Positions 10,284 through 20,511 of a stretch of DNA of 59,495 nucleotides are shown one piece after another (the first letter of the stretch is position 1; the number at the start of each line of letters is the position of its first letter). A program made the position numbers and the translations under genes. Source of the stretch: an uncultured virus (IMG/VR IMGVR_UViG_3300027754_005401) (Duplodnaviria > Heunggongvirae > Uroviricota > Caudoviricetes); IMG/VR virus record IMGVR_UViG_3300027754_005401; one strand, given 5' to 3'. The notes under the pieces are model-generated. The model worked only from the letters and a program-made list of their open reading frames with translations, made no database searches and was not told the DNA's origin.

Positions 10284-11072
10284 ATGTTTAAAATTAAATT
10301 TAATGATATAAAGTTCCATATAAGAATAATTACTTATCCAAGAAATGGCAAAACAAAAAATATTTTGCCAAAGACATTAGATTCTATATTAAAGCAAACT
10401 TATAAAAACTGGGAAATTTATCTTTTTGGTGACGATTACAGTCCAAAAGAAGAGTTGCTAGAAATAGCGAGTGTAATACCAGATAAAAAAATAAAAATAA
10501 GAAACTTAGATGTTAATTCTGAAAGATACCATTACAGTGGTATGGATTTATGGTATTGTGCAGGTGTAAATGCATGTAATTATGTGTTAGATTGGATGCA
10601 TAATGATGGAGTTAAAATAGTAGCTCTTTGTAACGATGATGATATTTGGTTGCCGAATCACTTAGAAACATTAGCTTCTGGGTATAATAAATTCCCAGAA
10701 GCTAGTTTTGTTTACACAAGAGGAAATCATTTGCAGCTTGGCAAATTGCCTTTTCAAGAAGTGCATAATTTGTATTACAATAACATGCCAATTGAAGAAT
10801 ATAATGCTATTTTCTCGGCAACAAGCTGGAGATTAGATAAAATAAATTTAAGATTTAAAAATTGTTCAAGCCAAAAAATTCCATCAGATGCAGATTTATG
10901 GATAAGAATTAAAAAGCATTGTTTTGCTACTAATTTAAAATTTCTTTATATACCAAAGATTACTGTTGATCATGAATCTCATAAACCAGAAGGAACTGAA
11001 AAAACAAAACAATTACCAAAAAATTTAGATGAAATAAAATCAATTAAATCTAAAAGAAACTTGTTATTTTAA
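10284..11072 (+). CDS. glycosyltransferase family 2
   Basis: LDSILKQTYKNWEI..DD, NDDDIWLPNHLE, DADLW. Confidence 0.9.
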   Translation: MFKIKFNDIKFHIRIITYPRNGKTKNILPKTLDSILKQTYKNWEIYLFGDDYSPKEELLEIASVIPDKKIKIRNLDVNSERYHYSGMDLWYCAGVNACNYVLDWMHNDGVKIVALCNDDDIWLPNHLETLASGYNKFPEASFVYTRGNHLQLGKLPFQEVHNLYYNNMPIEEYNAIFSATSWRLDKINLRFKNCSSQKIPSDADLWIRIKKHCFATNLKFLYIPKITVDHESHKPEGTEKTKQLPKNLDEIKSIKSKRNLLF

Positions 11073-11076
11073 ATAT

Positions 11077-12345
11077 ATGAAAAAAAACATACTTGTTTTT
11101 CCAAGTGCTTCTAATTTAGCAATTGAAATATTCTATTCTTTATCTAAAGATAAAAATATTAATTTAATTGGATGTTCTTCTTGTATCGATAATGAAATTA
11201 CAAAAATATTTAAAAATAATGTGATTATTAAAAAATTCATACATGATATAAATTTTTTGAATGAATTAAATAAAATAATAAAAACGCAAAAAATAGATTT
11301 GATTTATCCACTAAGTGATGATGTTAGTTTGTTTTTATGCAAGAACAAAAAAAGAATTAAATGTGATGTCTTATCTTCATCATCATTAAACACTCAACAA
11401 TTACTAAGATCTAAACTTAAAACATATGAATTTCTAAAAAATTCAATAAGTACCCCAGTTGTTTATTACGACTTTAAAAAAATAAAAAAATACCCAGTTT
11501 TTATTAAGCCCCAAGAAGGAAATTCCTCTAAAGATTGTTATTTAGTAAAAGATAAAAAAGAATTAAATTTTTATTATAAAAAAATTAAAAATCCAATTGT
11601 AATGGAGAATTTACCATATCAAGAATTTACAGTAGATTGTTTTACAAATTATAAAAAAGAACTTATTTTTTCTCAGCCAAGGTTAAGAATAAACAAAAGT
11701 TTAGGTGCTTCTTCATATACTAAAATAATCGACAATAAAATTTTAATCGATATGGCAAATGATATAAATTCTATTTTAGATTTTAACGGTTCTTGGTTTT
11801 TTCAAGCAAAAATTGATTATGTTGGATGTCCCAAAATTCTTGAAATATCTCCAAGAATAGGTGCTTCTTGTGGCGTAAATAGAATAAATGATATAAATCT
11901 CCCTCTTCTAAACATTTACAATCATTACAAAGAAGATGTTCAAATATGTTCAAATATGCTTCAGGTAATTGGATTTAGATATTTAAATTACAATTTTGAT
12001 TTTTCATTTTCTAGTTTTAAAAATGTTTACATAGATTTCGATGATACATTAATTATTAATAAAAAAATTAATTCAAATCTTATGAAATTCTTGTTTGATT
12101 TTAAAAATGAAAAAATAAAAGTATTCTTGATTTCAAAACATAAAGGAAATTTAAATGAACATCTTAACAAGCTCGGCATTTATAATCTTTTTGATGGAAT
12201 AATACATTTAAAAAACAATGAAAACAAATCTGATTATATGATGAAAGATTCTTTTCTTATAGATGATAGTTTTTTTGAAAGAAATCAAGCTAGAGAAAAA
12301 GGATTTATAGCCTTCCCTGTAGAATTCTTTTATTCTGAATGCTAA
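11077..12345 (+). CDS. ATP-grasp protein fused to a C-terminal HAD-like domain
   Basis: YPVFIKP..GNSSK, EFTVDC, LEISPRIG; then YIDFDDTL...FLIDDS. Confidence 0.85.
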   Translation: MKKNILVFPSASNLAIEIFYSLSKDKNINLIGCSSCIDNEITKIFKNNVIIKKFIHDINFLNELNKIIKTQKIDLIYPLSDDVSLFLCKNKKRIKCDVLSSSSLNTQQLLRSKLKTYEFLKNSISTPVVYYDFKKIKKYPVFIKPQEGNSSKDCYLVKDKKELNFYYKKIKNPIVMENLPYQEFTVDCFTNYKKELIFSQPRLRINKSLGASSYTKIIDNKILIDMANDINSILDFNGSWFFQAKIDYVGCPKILEISPRIGASCGVNRINDINLPLLNIYNHYKEDVQICSNMLQVIGFRYLNYNFDFSFSSFKNVYIDFDDTLIINKKINSNLMKFLFDFKNEKIKVFLISKHKGNLNEHLNKLGIYNLFDGIIHLKNNENKSDYMMKDSFLIDDSFFERNQAREKGFIAFPVEFFYSEC

Positions 12346-13070
12346 ATGATTTTAGTGTTTTTATTAAAAAAATTGATTTCTTCTTGTCTGGTTTTAAAAT
12401 AATTTGAATTTGAAAAATCAGAATTTAATTTTACAACATTGTATTTTTTATTTGCAAAATAAGATATAGTTAATCTTTCATAAAAATAAGCACAGTTTAC
12501 ATGCATTTTATGATTTTGAAAATTGTAACTATCGTAATCGTAATTTATTCCATATTTTTCAAAGAAATAATTAAATTCTTTTATCCACCATCTCAAAAAA
12601 TCAATCATTATTGATTTTGTACAAATAAAATTATTACTGTAAAAACTCATTCCTGTTTTTTTAAATTTATTTCTTTCAAGCAATTCATCCATATAAACAT
12701 TTATCCCAATATGGTTTTCGCAGCTTTCATTATACCAATTTGAAATTGGGGCAGCTACATACACACTACTTTTTTTAAATTTATCATGTAATGAAGGTAC
12801 TTTTTCTATTGGAATTACTTTTTTTTCTGTATCAACTTTGTATTTTTCATTCCATCTTGCAGACGCTATCCCAATATATTCATATTTTCCAACTATTGAT
12901 AAATTGTTTGCAAGATACCAAATAAATCTATTTTCTGCTAATGCATTTATTCTATAAATTTTATTACCAGATAATTTATTTAAATTGATTATTTCTATAT
13001 GTTTATTTACTTTGATTTTTTTCAAGTAATTTTCATCATTATGTAATACAAATATTTTTAAATTATTCAT
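12342..13070 (-). CDS. hypothetical glycan-related protein (DUF4422-like)
   Basis: YIGIASARW, FYSNNFIC, AYFYERL. Confidence 0.55.
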   Translation of the reverse strand: MNNLKIFVLHNDENYLKKIKVNKHIEIINLNKLSGNKIYRINALAENRFIWYLANNLSIVGKYEYIGIASARWNEKYKVDTEKKVIPIEKVPSLHDKFKKSSVYVAAPISNWYNESCENHIGINVYMDELLERNKFKKTGMSFYSNNFICTKSIMIDFLRWWIKEFNYFFEKYGINYDYDSYNFQNHKMHVNCAYFYERLTISYFANKKYNVVKLNSDFSNSNYFKTRQEEINFFNKNTKII

Positions 13071-13071
13071 G

Positions 13072-13869
13072 TTAAATAAACTGTTTTGTTACAAAAGGGT
13101 TATTAAGCCACAATCCATTTGGCAGTTTAAATCCTTGGTTTTTTTGGTTTAATTCTCCATATTCTTTTCCATAAGTTGCATTTTTTTGATCACTGTATTT
13201 ATTCGTATGATATTGAATATATATTTTTTTTAATTGTGCTAATTTGTCTTTTAAACATCCAACGAATATTGCATGATGAATAATTGCTTGTGGTGTCACA
13301 GGAGCGTGTGGCCCATTTACAAAATATTCTTCTGGCATAAAATCGTGTCTTACATTAGCATGATGGATTAAATCATTCAGTATGTCTTGGTCTGCAAATT
13401 CAGGCTTGTTTACCTTTAGCTCATCTTTTATTTTTTTAATTAAAGTGTTAATTTCCAAAGTATTTCTTAATAAGTAATACCCACCATTATATCTTTCATA
13501 ATAGTGTGCTGAATTATGTTCCATAATACCAAAAAAATCTAATTTTCTACTATCCATAATATTTGTTGCTTGGAAAAGATTCATTGGGTTTAGATATTGA
13601 ATATCAACATCATTGAAAACTATAATTTCTCGTTTTTCTACTTGGCTTAAGTTTTCTAAAATCCAATCTAATTTTAATATACCTGCTTCGTACCACGATG
13701 GAGTGCCGAATCCAAATGAATTAAATGAAGTTAAATTTATTTTTTTAAAATTAAGAGTAAATGCTTTTTCGTACTTTTTTAAAGATTTAAGATACAGATA
13801 ATATAATGGTTTTATATTATCTGACCAAACTCCAATTAAACGCATCTTTTTAGAAATACAATTCATCAT
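13072..13869 (-). CDS. nucleotide-diphospho-sugar transferase (GT77-like)
   Basis: IVFNDVDI, YNGGYY, DQDILN, IIHHA. Confidence 0.8.
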   Translation of the reverse strand: MMNCISKKMRLIGVWSDNIKPLYYLYLKSLKKYEKAFTLNFKKINLTSFNSFGFGTPSWYEAGILKLDWILENLSQVEKREIIVFNDVDIQYLNPMNLFQATNIMDSRKLDFFGIMEHNSAHYYERYNGGYYLLRNTLEINTLIKKIKDELKVNKPEFADQDILNDLIHHANVRHDFMPEEYFVNGPHAPVTPQAIIHHAIFVGCLKDKLAQLKKIYIQYHTNKYSDQKNATYGKEYGELNQKNQGFKLPNGLWLNNPFVTKQFI

Positions 13870-13961
13870 ATGTTTATATAATATATATAAATAAAAATAA
13901 TAATATGCTATTAATTGAAATTATTTATGGTAAATTTATTAATGATTTATTATTTTATATT

Positions 13962-14714
13962 ATGGAAAACATTCTTTATTTTTTGCATATACCAAAGACA
14001 GCTGGTACATCCTTAAACAAATTAATTAAATCTAAATATAAAAGTGAAAAAGTTTATCCTTTTTCAACTTATCATCAAATTTATACAAATAAAAAGTTGA
14101 ATATTGATGATTATGATATTATTTCTGGTCATTTTACACATTCCTATATTCTAAATATTACAAAGCCAGTAAATGTTATAACAGTTTTAAGAAATCCAGT
14201 AAGCAGAGTAGTTTCTGCTTACAATCATCTTATGAGAGAACCAATTGCTAATTTTGAATTTAATAAATTTAAAAAATGTCAAATTAAAGACGCTTTAAAT
14301 TTGTATCCTTGGTTGTTTTCAAATCAACAAACCAAGCATCTAGGATGGACTAGTAATGTTTTAAAGATGCCAAGATCTAAAATACCAATACCATTTAGTA
14401 TTGAAAACTGGCTAGAATTTCGTCAAAACATAAACATGGATGATATTTATCAAAATGCTTGTAATGCGATTGATAATATGTTTCTATTTGGATTTACAGA
14501 TAGACTGGATGAATTTGTAAAAATATTATTTGAAAAAATGAAATGGACGATGCCAGTAGAAATACCGAAATCAAATCCTTCTAAGGAAAATCAATTACTT
14601 GAAGATGAAGTAAATAATGTTAATTTAAAGAAAATTGAATCTCTTAATTATTATGATATAAAATTATATGAATATGCTAGAAAAAAATATAAAGATTTAC
14701 ATAGACAAGATTAA
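13962..14714 (+). CDS. sulfotransferase (Sulfotransfer_2-like)
   Basis: FLHIPKTAGTSL PAPS loop, TVLRNPVSRVVSAY, N.YD..LY; start moved to MENIL. Confidence 0.9.
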   Translation: MENILYFLHIPKTAGTSLNKLIKSKYKSEKVYPFSTYHQIYTNKKLNIDDYDIISGHFTHSYILNITKPVNVITVLRNPVSRVVSAYNHLMREPIANFEFNKFKKCQIKDALNLYPWLFSNQQTKHLGWTSNVLKMPRSKIPIPFSIENWLEFRQNINMDDIYQNACNAIDNMFLFGFTDRLDEFVKILFEKMKWTMPVEIPKSNPSKENQLLEDEVNNVNLKKIESLNYYDIKLYEYARKKYKDLHRQD

Positions 14715-15220
14715 ATTTTATTATAAATAGACCATAAGTATTCATCGTCAATTTTAGCATTGTCAATCTTTTCAAAGTAATCAATTAAATCATCTAAGCT
14801 GCCAAACATGTTCTTGTGTGATAGCATTCCATAATACCAAACTGGAACTAATTCTTTTCCTTCTGGGCAAACTATGTATGTTGGTTTGTTTGCTTTTATA
14901 CTTTGAAATATCTCACATGGAACTCCATGGGTTGCAACTCCATAAGGTAAGTAAGCAATTAATCCATCAGATTTATCAACCATCAAACAATCTTTAAGGT
15001 AAAATTTTCTAGCTATACTTGCTATTTTGTCATAATCTTTTTCTTTTCTTGCTTCTGTTATCTGCTCTTTCCATTGTTGTTTTGGATCTAAAAATGGATC
15101 ATAAATATTTAAATCAAATTTCTTAATAATATTATCTTTAAACTCATATCTCCAATTATCTGTCCCAAATTCAATTGGGGAAGATAAATAAAATGTTTTT
15201 TTCGAAAGAAGTTTATTCAT
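14711..15220 (-). CDS. nucleoside 2-deoxyribosyltransferase-like protein
   Basis: FYLSSPI, YDP, D..MVDKSDGLIAY, G..CEI. Confidence 0.75.
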   Translation of the reverse strand: MNKLLSKKTFYLSSPIEFGTDNWRYEFKDNIIKKFDLNIYDPFLDPKQQWKEQITEARKEKDYDKIASIARKFYLKDCLMVDKSDGLIAYLPYGVATHGVPCEIFQSIKANKPTYIVCPEGKELVPVWYYGMLSHKNMFGSLDDLIDYFEKIDNAKIDDEYLWSIYNKI

Positions 15221-15285
15221 GTATCCTTTTTAATTTATTTTTGCAAAAATGCAACAATATTTATTGTTTTTTAATATATTATTGT

Positions 15286-15849
15286 ATGAAAACATTACTT
15301 AATCAAAATCGTAAAGAAAAATTAGATATTTATATTAAATTGGCAAATTCACTAAATGGAGACTTTGCGGAAGTTGGAGTTTACAAAGGTGGCAGTGCTG
15401 AAATAATAGCTAAAAATAAAAATGAAAATAAGAATTTATATCTATTTGACACTTTTGAAGGAATGCCAGAAGCTAATTTAGATTTTGATAACTTTCATAA
15501 AAAAAATGATTTCAATGATACATCTTATTCAGATGTTTGCTTGGGTCTAAAATGTTATAAAAATGTTTTTATTTACAAGGGACTATTTCCAAATGACCAT
15601 GGTCATAAAATACAAGATATAAAATTCTCTTTGGTTCATATAGATGTTGATATTTATAAAAGTTATATTGATTGCTTAAATTTCTTCTATCCAAAAATGG
15701 TAGATGGTGGAATTATTATTTTAGATGATTATTTTGCTCCAACTTGCAAAGGTGCAAGATTAGCAACTGATGAATTCTTCGCAGATAAACCCGAAAAACC
15801 AATATGGGAAGTAAAGCCTCAAGTTTGCATTGTCAAACAACCAAAATGA
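15286..15849 (+). CDS. TylF/MycF-family sugar O-methyltransferase
   Basis: GDFAEVGVYKGGS, FDTFEGMP, VHIDVDIY, GGIIILDDY; start moved to MKTLL. Confidence 0.92.
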   Translation: MKTLLNQNRKEKLDIYIKLANSLNGDFAEVGVYKGGSAEIIAKNKNENKNLYLFDTFEGMPEANLDFDNFHKKNDFNDTSYSDVCLGLKCYKNVFIYKGLFPNDHGHKIQDIKFSLVHIDVDIYKSYIDCLNFFYPKMVDGGIIILDDYFAPTCKGARLATDEFFADKPEKPIWEVKPQVCIVKQPK

Positions 15850-16508
15850 TAATAAAAACAAAATTTAAAATTTATCCCTCTATATTTATTCACATTCCTA
15901 AATGTGGAGGCAGTTCTATAAAACAAATATTAAACGATATTAACGAAAAAGAAGTTATTCATTCAAAAATAAAAGATGATTTTGAATTACTTCTCAATAA
16001 ACAAATTGATTTCGAAAAATATTTTATATTTGCAGTAATTAGAAATCCTTGGGATAGAATGATTTCTTATTATTTCTTTTATAAAAATATAATAAAAAAA
16101 GAAGAAAGCATATCAGTAAATGCTAAGAAATATAAATTTAAAGATTGGTTGAAAATAATCTTTGAAAATAAAAAAGAATACTTTTTTATTCATGAAAACT
16201 ACCTTGATTATTTGACATATGAAGAAAAGGTTTACATTGATTACGCAATGAATTTTAACTTATTTAACGAAGAATGTAATTTATTAAAAAGTATATTGAA
16301 AATAAACTCTGAAGATTTTCATTTAAACAAAACAATACATGCGAATTATAAAAAATATTATTCAGATAAAGAAATTAAATTTGTTGAAGAAATTTATAAA
16401 AAAGATATAGAATTTTTTAATTTTGATTTTTATAATACAATTCAAATGAAAGAAATAAAAAATCATGATAAAATAAAACTTGTTTCAAGTAAAAAACTTT
16501 TTATGTAA
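15846..16508 (+). CDS. sulfotransferase (Sulfotransfer_2-like)
   Basis: FIHIPKCGGSSI, RNPWDRMISYY, Y..DIEFF; ATGA overlap start. Confidence 0.9.
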   Translation: MIIKTKFKIYPSIFIHIPKCGGSSIKQILNDINEKEVIHSKIKDDFELLLNKQIDFEKYFIFAVIRNPWDRMISYYFFYKNIIKKEESISVNAKKYKFKDWLKIIFENKKEYFFIHENYLDYLTYEEKVYIDYAMNFNLFNEECNLLKSILKINSEDFHLNKTIHANYKKYYSDKEIKFVEEIYKKDIEFFNFDFYNTIQMKEIKNHDKIKLVSSKKLFM

Positions 16509-16517
16509 AGGGCTAAA

Positions 16518-16700
16518 ATGATTTTAATACCGTTGGAAATTAAAATTTCTGTCACCTTTGGATCAATTGATTTAAATTCAAATTCTGTTGTAAAAAAAGA
16601 CAGTTTTACAATTGATTTGCAAAAACTTGATAGGGATTTGTTCCTAGAAGCATTTGATTCTTTAGTTAAAATAAAAGAAGAATTAATCAATCAAAAATAA
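16518..16700 (+). CDS. small hypothetical protein
   Basis: 60-aa ORF filling the gap on the coding strand. Confidence 0.55.
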   Translation: MILIPLEIKISVTFGSIDLNSNSVVKKDSFTIDLQKLDRDLFLEAFDSLVKIKEELINQK

Positions 16701-16738
16701 ATATTTTAATAAAATTAATTCTAAGTGATAAATAAAAC

Positions 16739-17371
16739 ATGAAAGACATGTTAAAATTTAAAGTATGGTTGGAATCTGAAGATAAAGAATTCTATGACCA
16801 ACTAGTTGAAGAAGGATTGATTCCACCTTGGCTTAGAAATGTATTTCTTGCTGGCACTATAGCTATGGGATCATACTTAGTAAGCCCAACTGAAGCTCAG
16901 GGTGCTGAAGTTACATCTCAGTCAATAATTGATGTAAAAAAAGAAAAAATAGAAATTAATGTTAAATTACCAATAAAGATAACAAGATTGGATTTAGCAT
17001 CAGAAACCATAAAAGCATCAATTAAAAAAGAACTTTTAAAATTTCTACAAAATCAAGAACGAGAACGCTTAGATTCTAAAGAGAAGTATATAATTAACTT
17101 AAAAACTTCTGTATTTGTAGATGTAGAAGAAAGAGACATTAATCCTTTGTTGACTAAGTTTGATTTAAGAGAACTTCTTCCAAGTTGGAAATTTGGCGAT
17201 CAAGATAAACTTTCAAGGTTATTGAATGTTTTTATTAAATCAACTGAATCTGAGAAAAAAATTGGATTTCAAAATGTAAAATTTACTATTTATTATGAAA
17301 AAATTAAAATACCAAATTCTCCTAGTGCAAATCCTAAAAATAATCCAACTCAGTCAAATATTTTAAAATAA
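16739..17371 (+). CDS. CTS-tagged protein with a hydrophobic segment
   Basis: MLKFKVWLESE near the N-terminus; ATAAATA upstream; NVFLAGTIAMGSYLV. Confidence 0.75.
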   Translation: MKDMLKFKVWLESEDKEFYDQLVEEGLIPPWLRNVFLAGTIAMGSYLVSPTEAQGAEVTSQSIIDVKKEKIEINVKLPIKITRLDLASETIKASIKKELLKFLQNQERERLDSKEKYIINLKTSVFVDVEERDINPLLTKFDLRELLPSWKFGDQDKLSRLLNVFIKSTESEKKIGFQNVKFTIYYEKIKIPNSPSANPKNNPTQSNILK

Positions 17372-17400
17372 AAATTTAACTTGGAACATAAATATTTATT

Positions 17401-18558
17401 ATGGAAACAATATTAGATTTAATTTACAAAGGTTTGAATGTAAAGAAAGAAAATGTCGGAGCTTTAAATAAATTTGATAGATTTTTAAATTCTTTTACTA
17501 ATAAAACATCGAAAATAAAAAAATTAAATATTAAGATAAATTTAATAAAAAACGAAAACAAACATAGTTTGGCAGCTTTAATTCATAATAAAATAATATT
17601 AACCGAAAGAATAAAGACACTTCAGCGTACTTTTGGCATGTCTGAAGATATAGATGTAGATAAGATAAAAAGATTTAAACTAAAAATCCAATATTTAAAT
17701 ATGATATTGGAAAAAATTAGCACTGAAAAATATGATCTTATTTCAAATATTAGTACTTTACCAAAGCAAAACATTGTAGAAAATTTCTTAAAAAAAGAAG
17801 TTGATTATTTAAAAGAAATTGTTTTTGATAATGTTTTTTCAAGCTTTAAATTACACAAACAAGAATGTTTAGATTTTTTCGAAAAAGTAAAAAAAGAAAA
17901 TGATTCAAATTCTATTGAAGTAATTCCACAATTAACCTTTGCTACAGTTGATGTTACTACTACGCCTAATGCTATAGTTGATGTTACTACTACGCCTAAT
18001 GCTATAGTCGATGTTACTACTACGCCTAATGCTATAGTCGATGTTACTATATCTAATGATACATTTGATCCTAGTTTAAGTGAATGCATAGAAGAATATA
18101 AATTTTATTTAAATAGCATCGAATCTAAATATGAAGAAGTTGGAATTTCTCTTAATAATTTAATTATAACATTTAATGAAGAATGTGAAAAATATAAAGA
18201 GTTTTATAGTGAAGCAAATACATTTTTAGATAAAATAGAAAATTATAATAATACTATTAAAGTTTCTATAGACCATCAAAGTCTATTAACTAATTTGAAT
18301 GTATTAAATTTTAAAAATAATTATAATTTATTGTATGATTTTAAAAAAAATCTGTCAGATATTATTGATACAGAAACAGAATATGATATTGAAATAAATA
18401 AACTTTCTTTAATTATTAAAGAATTAAAATTTCTTATTAATAAGCATACTATAAAAAATTTACACGATCAGTTAATTTGGATAGATGATTATTTGATTAT
18501 TTTAAATGATAAAGCAAGAGAGATAAGAAATTTAATCATTGTAAACGATAAACAATAA
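17401..18558 (+). CDS. coiled-coil hypothetical protein with internal 10-aa repeat
   Basis: 385-aa ORF; CATAAATA upstream. Confidence 0.7.
   Translation: METILDLIYKGLNVKKENVGALNKFDRFLNSFTNKTSKIKKLNIKINLIKNENKHSLAALIHNKIILTERIKTLQRTFGMSEDIDVDKIKRFKLKIQYLNMILEKISTEKYDLISNISTLPKQNIVENFLKKEVDYLKEIVFDNVFSSFKLHKQECLDFFEKVKKENDSNSIEVIPQLTFATVDVTTTPNAIVDVTTTPNAIVDVTTTPNAIVDVTISNDTFDPSLSECIEEYKFYLNSIESKYEEVGISLNNLIITFNEECEKYKEFYSEANTFLDKIENYNNTIKVSIDHQSLLTNLNVLNFKNNYNLLYDFKKNLSDIIDTETEYDIEINKLSLIIKELKFLINKHTIKNLHDQLIWIDDYLIILNDKAREIRNLIIVNDKQ
17941..18049 (+). repeat. 30-bp in-frame tandem repeat (about 3.6 copies, AIVDVTTTPN)
   Basis: gcta(c/t)agt(t/c)gatgttactactacgcctaat at 17941, 17971, 18001, partial at 18031. 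Confidence 0.95.
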
Positions 18559-18574
18559 GATAATAAATTTAATT

Positions 18575-19240
18575 TTATCTAATTCTTTCTTCTTTTATTA
18601 TTTTATCTAATTTTTTTCTGTATTCTTCTTTTAATGGATTTTCTAATTTTAAAATATTATTTTCTGGTTTCCACTCTACTGGCAATTTCATATCTAAATA
18701 TCCAAATATTCTATTCATTGTTCTTAAAGGATCTTCTGTAAAATTTTCATAAGAAATGCAAATATAATCTTCACCTTCTAAAAAATCATCCCAATTATTC
18801 CAAAACAACAAAGTTTCTTTATAAATACTTATTAATTCTTGTTTGTTAAATGGAATACTAGCATTTTCATATTTTTCCATTTTTCTTTTTTGGTTTTTCT
18901 TAATAAAAGAAACTCTTAAGCCTTTATGAAAATATTGAGAAATTGTATGTGCTACTGGGTCTTTTCTTCTTAATAAAATAAACTTAATATTTGGATGATA
19001 AGTTTTAATTACATTTTTTTTAATCTGGCTAGAAACATTTTTATAGTGGGTTTTTAATATTTTAGCATTACATGGTAGCCACTCTTTGTAGTTTCCCATT
19101 CCAATTTGGTGCTCATGAAAATGTTCATTAAATGTAGAAGAAAATTGATTTGTTGAGTTTAATAAACTACTTAAAAAAGTTGATCCTGATCTTTGGTTGG
19201 TTAAAATCCACGCTGGTACAGTACATTTGTTCATTTTCAT
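18575..19240 (-). CDS. sulfotransferase (Stf0-like)
   Basis: ILTNQRSGSTFL, FILLRRKDPVAHTISQY, ISYENF; start at an ATGA overlap. Confidence 0.85.
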   Translation of the reverse strand: MKMNKCTVPAWILTNQRSGSTFLSSLLNSTNQFSSTFNEHFHEHQIGMGNYKEWLPCNAKILKTHYKNVSSQIKKNVIKTYHPNIKFILLRRKDPVAHTISQYFHKGLRVSFIKKNQKRKMEKYENASIPFNKQELISIYKETLLFWNNWDDFLEGEDYICISYENFTEDPLRTMNRIFGYLDMKLPVEWKPENNILKLENPLKEEYRKKLDKIIKEERIR

Positions 19241-19407
19241 TTTTTTCCCTCTATCCATTCTTTAAATGATTTAATTTTTTTCTTTATTACTTTTTCTGGT
19301 AAAGAAGAAAAATCTGTTTCTTTAGCCCACTCATCACAATCAACTTTTCCACCAAAACCATCAGTGGCAAAACATTTTTTCATTTGAGCTTTACTTAAAA
19401 ACGGCAT
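19237..19407 (-). CDS. 56-aa microprotein MPFLSKAQ... with C-terminal KSFKEW
   Basis: Hand-translated (below the track cutoff); upstream TAAATA and AAGG RBS; stop overlaps the next ATG. Confidence 0.75.
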   Translation of the reverse strand: MPFLSKAQMKKCFATDGFGGKVDCDEWAKETDFSSLPEKVIKKKIKSFKEWIEGKK

Positions 19408-19679
19408 AAATACCTTTCTTCAATGTATTTATATTTTTTATTATAATTTTTTTGTTATTTTATTATTTTTTCATATGATAATAAGACAGCAAAAATATAA
19501 CAAGGATAATTGATTGTGAAAATAAATAGCAAAACTTCATTAATTTTTCTTTTAATAATTATTTTTTGTTTTTTTTCGTACTTAAATGATTATTTTGATA
19601 ATTGTCGTTTAATAAAACAAATCGAAGTTATTCTCGTTGAGAATTAATATTTTTTAATAAAAACATAATATATAATTAC

Positions 19680-19970
19680 ATGAAAAACAATTATTTATTA
19701 TATTTATCTGGTGTAATTTCAGAAGAAAAACTTATAGAGAATTCAAAAGAACATGAGCTTGACAACTATATGTTTTTTCAAAATTTACAAACTGTGAAAG
19801 AATGCATAGATGAAATTTTAAAAATGAATTCATCTGAAGTAGACAGTTTACTTTCTGATGGACATGATTGGGCTAATGATCATGTATCTGGTGCTAAAAC
19901 TTCATTAGAACAAGTTTGCGATTGGTTGAAAAATTCTTTAAATAAAGAACAGAATTTAGAAGGTTTATAA
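19680..19970 (+). CDS. hypothetical phage protein
   Basis: 96 aa; YLSGVISEE N-terminus, NYMFFQNL...GHDWANDH. Confidence 0.75.
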   Translation: MKNNYLLYLSGVISEEKLIENSKEHELDNYMFFQNLQTVKECIDEILKMNSSEVDSLLSDGHDWANDHVSGAKTSLEQVCDWLKNSLNKEQNLEGL

Positions 19971-20128
19971 TGGGTGGTGGAAGCGAATCAATTGTAACTT
20001 GTAAAGATAAGAATAATCCAAATTTTCAAATTTGGGGTGCTATGTCAGATCTTGGATGTAATAAAAAGAAAAAAAGAAATTTTAAATCTTTTAAAGAATG
20101 GTTGATTTTAAAAAATAATAAAAAATAA
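19970..20128 (+). CDS. 52-aa microprotein with C-terminal KSFKEWL
   Basis: Hand-translated MGGGSESIVTCKDKNNPNFQIWGAMSDLGC...; TAATG coupling to the upstream gene. Confidence 0.65.
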   Translation: MGGGSESIVTCKDKNNPNFQIWGAMSDLGCNKKKKRNFKSFKEWLILKNNKK

Positions 20129-20455
20129 CTCCATGCTATCTTCATCCCATTTATTATTGTCCCATTTTTCTCTACTCCATAAATTTAAATTTTCAAATAA
20201 AGGAACTTTCCAAAATATTCTTTTAAATAAATACTTATCTTTTTTGGAGTATTGTATTTCTATTATCGTTGCATTTGAATGTTCTTTAATTACTTCTAAA
20301 AGAACTTTTTCTATTTTTACTGCATCTTTATAAAAGATTTTTCTTCCATTATCGCTATGAACTTCAATTATCATATTCTTTTTAAAATTTATATTTAAAA
20401 AAAACGGTATTGATAATAAAAATCTTCTTCTGTTAATGTCAATTTCGTAATCCAT
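20108..20455 (-). CDS. hypothetical protein with Tat-like RRRFL N-terminus
   Basis: INRRRFLLSIPFF. Confidence 0.55.
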   Translation of the reverse strand: MDYEIDINRRRFLLSIPFFLNINFKKNMIIEVHSDNGRKIFYKDAVKIEKVLLEVIKEHSNATIIEIQYSKKDKYLFKRIFWKVPLFENLNLWSREKWDNNKWDEDSMELFFIIF

Positions 20456-20511
20456 GTAATATTATAATTAAAAATTATTATAAATAAAAAACTTATCATT
20501 ATAAATAAATA

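Noticed and set aside
20108..20455. Functional Tat export signal
   Set aside because: RRRFL is present but the hydrophobic region is short and no cleavage site is evident
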